This document shows positions 15,067-21,998 of a stretch of DNA of 24,000 bases, one piece after another; position 1 is the first letter of the stretch, and each line of letters opens with the position of its first letter. Below the pieces are notes generated by a model. It was not told the DNA's origin, did not search any database, and saw only the letters and a list, made by a program, of their open reading frames with translations. The position numbers and the translations under genes are program-made. This DNA comes from Symplocastrum torsivum CPER-KK1 (GTDB lineage: Bacteria; Cyanobacteriota; Cyanobacteriia; Cyanobacteriales; Coleofasciculaceae), in the NCBI GenBank assembly GCA_019358875.1, contig JAHHIF010000024.1, forward strand, positions 73,662 to 97,661, written 5' to 3'.

Positions 15067-16053
15067 TTAGCGAAGTTTTAAGCGTTTACGAGTAACTTGG
15101 CGAGACAAAATGCTGCTGAGCAGAACGAGTCCAATCAGAGCAACCGAAGCTGCCCAGGCTAGTTGATTTTGATTTTTGAAGGGTGAACTGGCATACCCGT
15201 AAATTAATACTGATAACGAAGGGGTTGGTGTGAATAATCCTTGAGGCCAAAACTGACTGGATAGGGCGGTGAAGATGAGTGGGGCAGTTTCACCCGCCGC
15301 ACGAGAAACGGCGAGTAAGACACCGGTGGTGATTCCAGGAATGGCTGAAGTGACGACAATGCGGAAGATGGTTTGGAAGCGTCCACCTCCCAAAGCGGCT
15401 GAGGCGAGGCGGTGGTGAGTGGGAACTAGTTTTAAGGCTTCTTCTGTGCTTAGGGCAATAATCGGTAACATGATGACACCGAGAGCAAAGCCACCTGCTA
15501 GAGCAGAAAATCCACCCGTTTGGATTTTGAAGTTTAAAAAGGGAATGGGAATAGTAATTTTGGTGAGGACGATGACAGCGTAGGCGAATACCCCCACAAC
15601 AATGGAAGGAACGCTGCTCAGAATGATGGTGAAAAAGCGAATTACATTTGCGATCGCAGAATTTTTACCAATTTCCGCCAAGAAAATACCCGTCATGACA
15701 CCAAACGGAACACTAAACAGGCAAGCAACCCCCACCATCATTAGAGTTCCAACAATTGCATTAGCAAAGCCATTAGCTCTGTCTTCCACCCCCTCTGGTG
15801 CTGGTAGAGAAACCAGCACTTCCGGTAGCGAAACGGGTACTCCGAAAAGCCGCACCTCGTGCAACTTCATCAGCGCTGGGAAACCTTGACGCAGAATCTC
15901 AAATAAAATCGCAAATATGGGCACTAGTGCTGCTGCTGTAAGAACGAAGGCAAGAACGGTCATCCCACCGCTAAACAACATTCGAGCAACTGGCAGTGGT
16001 TGATAAAGTTCTTGGTCTAAGGATTCGTCAAAAATAGGTTGGTCAGTCGTCAT
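15067..16053 (-). CDS. pstA: Phosphate ABC transporter permease PstA
   Basis: Polytopic membrane protein with the ABC permease EAA-like loop (REALKLVP...AALGGG). It is the second permease in the pstS-C-A-B order. Confidence 0.9.
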   Translation of the reverse strand: MTTDQPIFDESLDQELYQPLPVARMLFSGGMTVLAFVLTAAALVPIFAILFEILRQGFPALMKLHEVRLFGVPVSLPEVLVSLPAPEGVEDRANGFANAIVGTLMMVGVACLFSVPFGVMTGIFLAEIGKNSAIANVIRFFTIILSSVPSIVVGVFAYAVIVLTKITIPIPFLNFKIQTGGFSALAGGFALGVIMLPIIALSTEEALKLVPTHHRLASAALGGGRFQTIFRIVVTSAIPGITTGVLLAVSRAAGETAPLIFTALSSQFWPQGLFTPTPSLSVLIYGYASSPFKNQNQLAWAASVALIGLVLLSSILSRQVTRKRLKLR

Positions 16054-16090
16054 TATTCATATCCTTTGGGAAACGAAAAGCACTCACCTA

Positions 16091-17140
16091 TTAGCCAAGC
16101 AGCGCCCCTCCACCATCACTCGCTGAGGATAAAGGACTAATTTCGCTTTTCTTACCTCGTCTGCCAATGAGCTGAACCATCACTACGGCAATAATGTTAA
16201 CGACGAGTGTTATGACAAACAAAATCAGGGCTAAGTACATCAATGCCCCGATGTGCAATTTATCCAAAGCTTCTGCAAATTGGTTTGCCAAAATGGCGGG
16301 AATGGTGTAACCAGGAGCTAATACTGAGGGACTGATTTGGATGGAGTTACCAATCACCATCGTTACTGCCATTGTTTCCCCCAAGGCACGCCCCAAGGCG
16401 AGAATAATCGCTCCGACAATTCCTGAACTCCCAGCAGGCAACAAAACCTTCCCAATCGTTTCCCAGCGTGTCGCGCCTAGAGACATGGAAGCACTCCGTA
16501 AATCTTGAGGAATCACGAGTAAGACTTCCCGACTAATAGCAGCAACTGTTGGGAGAATCATAATCGCTAGCACAATTCCAGCAACCAGCATTCCGGGACC
16601 ATAGGGTTCAAAGCTAAACAGAGGAAACCAACCCAACTTGGTAAATAACCACTGCTGGAAGGGTAAAAGGAAGGGAATCAAAACAAAAATTCCCCATAAA
16701 CCAATGATTACGCTGGGGATAGCGGCGATGAGTTCAACCAAGAATCCCAAAGGCGATCGCACCCAGATCGGTAAAAAATCTTCACTGGTAACAATCGCGA
16801 CAGCGAGTCCCGTAGGAACGGCTAGCAAAAGAGCGAGGGCAGAACTCACCAGCGTCCCATAGATGAAAGGCAACGCCCCAAACTTCTCTTGCCCAACATT
16901 CCACGTTTGACTCCATAAAAAACTCAGACCAAATTCTTCAACCGCTGGTCGAGCTTCTTTAAAAATTACCCACGATAACCAGAACAGTACCCCTGCTGTT
17001 GCTACAGTCATCAACCATACCAATCCAGTAAATCCGTACTCTAGCCAGGTTCCTTCCCCTTTCGTGCTAGTAAGGTCTGTGTCAAGGTCTACTATGGGTA
17101 GCTGAGTCCGGTTATCAGCTTGCTTAGAGAAATCAGTCAT
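16091..17140 (-). CDS. pstC: Phosphate ABC transporter permease PstC
   Basis: Polytopic membrane protein containing SREVLLVIPQDLRSASMSLGATRWE, the permease EAA loop. It is the first permease after pstS. Confidence 0.9.
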   Translation of the reverse strand: MTDFSKQADNRTQLPIVDLDTDLTSTKGEGTWLEYGFTGLVWLMTVATAGVLFWLSWVIFKEARPAVEEFGLSFLWSQTWNVGQEKFGALPFIYGTLVSSALALLLAVPTGLAVAIVTSEDFLPIWVRSPLGFLVELIAAIPSVIIGLWGIFVLIPFLLPFQQWLFTKLGWFPLFSFEPYGPGMLVAGIVLAIMILPTVAAISREVLLVIPQDLRSASMSLGATRWETIGKVLLPAGSSGIVGAIILALGRALGETMAVTMVIGNSIQISPSVLAPGYTIPAILANQFAEALDKLHIGALMYLALILFVITLVVNIIAVVMVQLIGRRGKKSEISPLSSASDGGGALLG

Positions 17141-17362
17141 CGATCGTTTTACACTACTTCCTTACAGAGCCATACAGAAGATGATGAGAGGACATCCCCG
17201 TACTGGAGATGCCCCCACAACTAAAGCCAAAGTTCAATCGAGGGTTTAGAAGAGAGAAAAGGTAAAAGGATGTTAGATGCTCCCTTTTGTGCCTTAACCC
17301 TTCTCCTTTCGCCCAGAAAGTTCCAAAACTTACCTGTAAAAAGTGAGCTTATCGACACACTT

Positions 17363-18409
17363 CTATCGCGTTACGGCAACGTCACTAGATACAGCTTGGC
17401 TAGCGCGAGTCGCTACGTTTTGTGGAATCCGGGTATAGCCTAAGTCGTCATTTAGTTCTTGACCTTTGGTGAGAATCCACGAGACCATCCGTTTAACCGC
17501 ATCGGCTTTGGCAGGGTCTTCATACTGCTTCTTGATCAGAAGCCAGGTTACACCTGCAATTGGGTAGCCATCAGCGGGGTCTTCTGAACCACTAACGTTG
17601 AATTCGGGGGTAAAGGTTACAGCAGATAAGGCTTTATTGGCTTCAGCCAGGGTTGGAGCAACGTACCGACCCGCCTTGTTCTGCACTAGTGCTTGCACGA
17701 GGTTGTTCTGAGCCGCATAGGCAGATTCTACATAACCGATAGAGCCTGCTGTTTGTTTGACGAGAGCAGCGACACCAGGGTTTCCTTTACCACTAAGGGG
17801 ATTTGCTAACCAAGTTGGAGCTGAACCTGGCTCAATCTTGCTCTTGAATGTTGAACTAATAGCACCCAAATGTTTTGTGAAGATGCTGGTGGTGCCGCTA
17901 CCATCTGAACGGACAGCCAGTCGGATTGGTTGATTCGGTAGGTTTACACCCGGGTTATCAGCCGCAATTCTTGCGTCATTCCAGCGGGTAATTTCGCCCA
18001 TAAATATTGCAGGCAATACCGAGCGAGATAGCTTGAGATTAGTGACACCAGGAAGATTGTAAACAACTGAGACAGCTCCACCAGCGGTAGGAACCAAAAT
18101 TACACCCTTGGTCATCTGGTCGCTATCTTCTTTCTTGGGATATGCATCACTACCAGCAAAGTCAACGGTGTTAGCAATGAATTGCTTGATACCGCCGCCG
18201 CTGCCAATTCCTTCATAATTGACCTGAATATTTGCTTCAGTTTTGAAAGCATCAAAATAACGGTCATAAAGGGGCTTGGGGAACGTTGCTCCAGCACCAT
18301 TTAAAGTAACCGTTTGAGCAATCGCCGCACATACAGAGCCGAATGAAAAAGCAATCGTTGCGGCTGAAACTGTAACAGCACGACGAACAGCTATCGAAGA
18401 GAGAATCAT
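17363..18409 (-). CDS. pstS: Phosphate-binding protein PstS (periplasmic substrate-binding component)
   Basis: Signal peptide, then LNGAGATFPKPLY, the PstS N-terminal phosphate-binding motif. SDGSGTT and GYVE.AYA motifs are also present. It heads the pst operon. Confidence 0.93.
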   Translation of the reverse strand: MILSSIAVRRAVTVSAATIAFSFGSVCAAIAQTVTLNGAGATFPKPLYDRYFDAFKTEANIQVNYEGIGSGGGIKQFIANTVDFAGSDAYPKKEDSDQMTKGVILVPTAGGAVSVVYNLPGVTNLKLSRSVLPAIFMGEITRWNDARIAADNPGVNLPNQPIRLAVRSDGSGTTSIFTKHLGAISSTFKSKIEPGSAPTWLANPLSGKGNPGVAALVKQTAGSIGYVESAYAAQNNLVQALVQNKAGRYVAPTLAEANKALSAVTFTPEFNVSGSEDPADGYPIAGVTWLLIKKQYEDPAKADAVKRMVSWILTKGQELNDDLGYTRIPQNVATRASQAVSSDVAVTR

Positions 18410-18508
18410 ATTGCCTCGTTCTTAAGCAAAGACAGAGCAGTAATTGTGCAATCCATGATTACACTACAACTGGAATAACTAAGCCAAGGTAAGGATAAAA
18501 ATAATTTC

Positions 18509-18538
18509 AGATTAAACGTATATTAATAAATGGTTAAA
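18509..18538 (-). promoter_or_regulatory. Pho box (SphR/PhoB-type) upstream of pstS
   Basis: Read on the minus strand it is TTTAACCA ttt ATTAATAT acg TTTAATCT. That is three 8-bp direct repeats separated by 3 bp, with TTAA cores at 18512, 18523 and 18534 (exact 11-bp spacing). Repeats 1 and 3 match PyTTAAPyPy(T/A) at 8/8 and repeat 2 at 6/8. It is oriented toward pstS and lies 100-130 bp upstream of its ATG. Confidence 0.65.
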
Positions 18539-18842
18539 TCACAAAAAGTAATTAGTTCAATGATTTTTTCGTTAGTATTTTTAGTAACTGCAAAAACATC
18601 CATAACTTTAGTAATATCAAGTAAATTTAGTTTTTAAACCTACCAACGGATAGAGTTAGGATTATTGACTCTATAAGTACAAATTTTAGAGTCTTTGAGG
18701 TTTTCTCAAGGCTCACGAGTAATTAAAACCAGCAATTTTTTAGCTCAACGCCTAACGAGCAACAGCGGTATTGAGTAGCGATCGCTTTTTTATTTGTCTA
18801 AATCGTGCCATCCTCAGGAGCATTCTTGCAAGAGCCAAACCG

Positions 18843-19973
18843 ATGAACCAGTCTTACTTCTTGAAAAACTTGCCTGCTCCCTTACAGCCTTGGGTACGTC
18901 CGATGCTGCTAGTCTCAATTACTTTGCACGGATTATTGCTGGCTATTCCAATGCCACCCAAGCCAAAGCCTGAAGCCCCTAAAAAAGAACCAGAAAAGGT
19001 AAAAATTACCCAAATTCCAATAACACCACCAGCGCCAAAACCCTCTGTTCGTCCCTCACCGCGACCAACTCCTCTAGTACGTCAGTCACCTCGCCCAAAG
19101 CCTACACCGATTCGCCGACCATCAACGATACCCCCCATAACTCAAGCCAGGACTATTCCTCGACCTCAGCAGCAGCCACAGCAAACACCATCACCAACTG
19201 CACAGCAGACACCACCGCCAACACCAGAGCAAACGCCCTCCCCAGCACCAGACTCAACCCCAATTTCTGAGGTACAAAATCCCTTTGCTGATTTTCCCTT
19301 CCCCAATAACGCTGAGATTGGTTCATTAGGCTTACTGTCAGGAGAAACAGACAAATCGGCTCGAAATACAGCCGATGGCATTGACCAAGTCGTTTCTTTT
19401 TATAACAGCCAACTGCCACAAAAGAAATTTACTTCTTCATCTGTTACTGATGAACCTGAACTCAAAGTTTATCAGGTGAATAAAGATGGTGGTGAACGTC
19501 AATACCTCCATTTGATTTCCAAAGAAGGAAAGACAGTAATCGTGCTTGCCTCGCAGCCGATACCAAAAGAAGATTTAAAGAGTTTAAAAGATGCAGAAGC
19601 CCGAAGCCCTGAAGAAATCGCCTTTTATGATATCGTTAAGCAACTAGAAAATGATGAAGAATTAGCTTTAGCAGCTGTTGAGCCTGGAGATAGTACTAAG
19701 TTTCCTGAACCTGAGAAATTTAATGACACTAATAAGTTTGAGTTCCGAAGTAAAACGGTGTCATTTAAGCCAATGTCGCCTCAGGAACTTTTTGCCCATG
19801 TTGAAGCTAGCCTCACAGCAAATGGATTTACACAGATTTCTCAGGAAGGTAATTATGGCGGCACTAATGTCCTTACTTACAAAGTGACGCAAGGGAGTTT
19901 TTCCAGATACCTGTACTTTGTACCGACTAACGATAATCGAACAGTAATTATTTTGTCAAAGGATTCACCGTAA
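18843..19973 (+). CDS. Membrane-anchored proline-rich protein with TonB-like N-terminus and an unassigned C-terminal region
   Basis: The likely start is ATG 18843 (MNQSYFLKNLP); the ORF is open from TTG 18771. The TM helix LLVSITLHGLLLAIP carries the S-x-x-x-H-G motif of the TonB anchor (E. coli LLSVCIHG). A roughly 105-aa Pro/Lys/Glu/Gln-rich spacer follows (PPKPKPEAPKKEPEK...PRPKPTP...). The C-terminal ~230 aa lacks the TonB_C hallmark (YP...G.EG.V) and looks like two related alpha/beta units. Confidence 0.7.
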   Translation: MNQSYFLKNLPAPLQPWVRPMLLVSITLHGLLLAIPMPPKPKPEAPKKEPEKVKITQIPITPPAPKPSVRPSPRPTPLVRQSPRPKPTPIRRPSTIPPITQARTIPRPQQQPQQTPSPTAQQTPPPTPEQTPSPAPDSTPISEVQNPFADFPFPNNAEIGSLGLLSGETDKSARNTADGIDQVVSFYNSQLPQKKFTSSSVTDEPELKVYQVNKDGGERQYLHLISKEGKTVIVLASQPIPKEDLKSLKDAEARSPEEIAFYDIVKQLENDEELALAAVEPGDSTKFPEPEKFNDTNKFEFRSKTVSFKPMSPQELFAHVEASLTANGFTQISQEGNYGGTNVLTYKVTQGSFSRYLYFVPTNDNRTVIILSKDSP

Positions 19974-20069
19974 TAAAAGTCAGATACACGTTCTCCAATT
20001 TGTTTAAATGTCCTTCGTTTTCTTCCACGCAAGGGCTTGCTGCTCTAACTACACTGTTGTTACATGAGA

Positions 20070-20077
20070 GAAATTTT
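20070..20077. repeat. Target-site duplication (left copy) of the ISL3 element
   Basis: GAAATTTT lies immediately outside IRL. An identical 8-mer lies at 21514..21521, immediately outside IRR. Confidence 0.85.
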
Positions 20078-20103
20078 GGCTCTTCAGTAGCTAATATGCC
20101 AAA
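20078..20103 (+). repeat. ISL3 left terminal inverted repeat
   Basis: GGCTCTTCAGTAGCTAATATGCCAAA compared with the reverse complement of 21488..21513, GGCTCTTCAGTAACCAGTATGCTAAA. The first 12 nt are identical and 22/26 match overall. Confidence 0.85.
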
Positions 20104-20239
20104 TCAATAGTTGTGAAAGCCAAGAAATATAAATAAATCTAGCAAATAGTTGGTAGAGTTATTGCCAGAATTGACACAGGGGGTTCATTGGGTATTAACT
20201 ATAAGCCGAAGCCAGAGCTTTTAGGTGCATTGAACAGCC

Positions 20240-21487
20240 ATGAGGACGAAAAAGGATATAAAGGTTTTAACAAAGCTATTGAATATAGAGGGAATAAAAG
20301 TCATCTCACATCACCAGCATGAGGGGATTGGAATAATTTTACAGGTGGAACGGATTGGGAAGGAAAGTAGCTGTCCACGTTGTGGAACAAGAAGCCACAG
20401 ATTACATCAAAATCATCGATACCTAGTAAAAGATTTACCTTGGGGAGAGACTTTCATATATTTAGAAATTAACAGACGACAGTTTAAATGTAAAAAATGT
20501 GTCAAGCCATTTAGTGAAGAGTTAGAGTTTGTCAGAAAAAGAAGAACCTATACGAAACGGCTAGCCAAGCAAATAATCCAAGAAGTTTTAGAGAACGATA
20601 TCCACAGCATAGCGAAAAAAGGGTTGGTGACAACAGAAGAAATAGAAAGGATGTTAAAAGACGCATCGAAAGAATTCTTGAAAGCCAAACCCAGCGAGGT
20701 GAAGAGATTAGGGATTGATGAAATAGCTCTAATTAAAGGGAAAGGGAATTACTGTGCAGTATTAATAGATTTAGATAAGTCTAAGCTAATTGGGATGCTG
20801 AATGGAAGGACACAAGAAGAAATCAGGGAAGTGCTGACGGGATGGGGGAAAGAGGTATTAGAGAAAATAGAAGAAGTAAGTATAGATTTGTGGAAAGGTT
20901 ACAAAAATGTCGTGATAGAGCTGATGCCAAATGTACAAGTGGTCGCCGACAGATTTCATGTAATGGCACAAATAAATAAGGAATTAGACACCCAAAGGAA
21001 GCGAGAAAAGAGACAAGCGGAAGACTTGATTAAAAAAGCAAAAACGTCAGAAGAGAAAGCAGTTCAAGAGAAAGCTTTAGAAGGATTGAAGAAAAGTAAA
21101 TATGTGTTATTGAAGAATGAATCAGACCTAAATGAAGAGCAAAAAGCTAAACTCGTTCAAGTTAAAGATGTATCTCCTACTCTTAAGAGTATGCATGAAT
21201 TAAAAGAGAAAATCAGACAGATTTTCGAGCAGGTTAATCATTGGTTAGCCGGTTTATTTAAACTGGGAGTATGGCTATCAGAAGCCAAAAAATATTTCCC
21301 CGATAGTCAGAACACTATTATTCGTTGGCTGGATGAGATTATTGCTTACTTCGATCATAAGACTACGAGTGGTGTTGTCGAAGGTATTAATAATAAGCTT
21401 AAGTTGATTAAACGCTCTGCCTACGGGTTTAGAAATTTTGAAAACTTCCGAGTTAGATGTTTGCTTAATTGGCAGTTTAATTGTTAG
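20240..21487 (+). CDS. ISL3-family transposase
   Basis: N-terminal zinc-finger region CPRCG...HQNHRYLVKDLPWGE...FKCKKC (zf-ISL3 type). The DDE domain has GIDEIALIKG, DLWKGY, ADRFHV and the C-terminal GVVEGINNKLKLIKRSAYGFRNFENF. Confidence 0.95.
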   Translation: MRTKKDIKVLTKLLNIEGIKVISHHQHEGIGIILQVERIGKESSCPRCGTRSHRLHQNHRYLVKDLPWGETFIYLEINRRQFKCKKCVKPFSEELEFVRKRRTYTKRLAKQIIQEVLENDIHSIAKKGLVTTEEIERMLKDASKEFLKAKPSEVKRLGIDEIALIKGKGNYCAVLIDLDKSKLIGMLNGRTQEEIREVLTGWGKEVLEKIEEVSIDLWKGYKNVVIELMPNVQVVADRFHVMAQINKELDTQRKREKRQAEDLIKKAKTSEEKAVQEKALEGLKKSKYVLLKNESDLNEEQKAKLVQVKDVSPTLKSMHELKEKIRQIFEQVNHWLAGLFKLGVWLSEAKKYFPDSQNTIIRWLDEIIAYFDHKTTSGVVEGINNKLKLIKRSAYGFRNFENFRVRCLLNWQFNC

Positions 21488-21513
21488 TTTAGCATACTGG
21501 TTACTGAAGAGCC
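21488..21513 (-). repeat. ISL3 right terminal inverted repeat
   Basis: See the left IR. It starts directly after the transposase stop codon (21485..21487). Confidence 0.85.
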
Positions 21514-21521
21514 GAAATTTT
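21514..21521. repeat. Target-site duplication (right copy) of the ISL3 element
   Basis: GAAATTTT, identical to 20070..20077. Confidence 0.85.
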
Positions 21522-21694
21522 TTTATTTCCGTACCCCCAGAATTCGTCCAAGCTTGAACAATACATTGAGGATTAATCAAATACTTTCCGATTTTCAAGA
21601 GCTTCATTCTTAACAATCAAAAATCCGTAACGTTCAAAACTAAAAAGTAGAAGAGTTAAGTTTAAGTGGGGTTTGACAACAATAAAATTTAGAT

Positions 21695-21970
21695 TCAAGG
21701 AGATGTCTTCAACGGTAGCCTGACGGTAGAGGTTGTGCCAACACCCGCCTCGCTTTCCACAGCAATTGTACCCCTGTGTAAGTCCACCGCCTTTTTGACG
21801 ATTGCCAGTCCCAGCCCTGTCCCTTGAATCGTCCCGACATTGCCAATTAACACCCCATCACCGTCAAAAATCGGTGCATCACTCACCATCGCTGGAAAAT
21901 TAGACAGTATTACCCCAAACAATGGATAAGTAAGATAGCTTATACATTCCTTGGGGTAAAGTCTAAACAC
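21695..21970 (-). pseudogene. 3' remnant of a sensor histidine kinase (HATPase_c G2 box to C-terminus)
   Basis: The C-terminal half of the ORF reads IFD...[38 protein letters not shown]. This is the G2 box and terminal strands of a histidine-kinase ATPase domain. No H-box/DHp, N-box or G1 box lies upstream; the upstream neighbour's stop is at 21999. The first ~25 codons look non-native. Confidence 0.6.
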
Positions 21971-21998
21971 TATGCCTAGTCTAGTTCTTGAGAGCGTA

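Larger units (their letters stand above)
20078..21513 (+). mobile_element. Intact ISL3-family insertion sequence (1436 bp)
   Basis: Bounded by imperfect terminal inverted repeats beginning GGCTCTTCAGTA (22/26 identical). It contains a single transposase ORF and is flanked by a perfect 8-bp direct repeat. The element is visibly more AT-rich than its surroundings. Confidence 0.9.

Noticed and set aside
18843-19973. Calling this gene a bona fide tonB
   Set aside because: The anchor and spacer are TonB-like, but the C-terminal ~230 aa lacks the conserved TonB C-terminal domain pattern. I therefore describe it only as TonB-like.
21278-21616. 112-aa minus-strand ORF crossing the right end of the IS
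   Set aside because: It is a chimeric frame spanning the IRR boundary and antisense to the transposase 3' end. Only the part outside the IS could be ancestral; see the IS finding.
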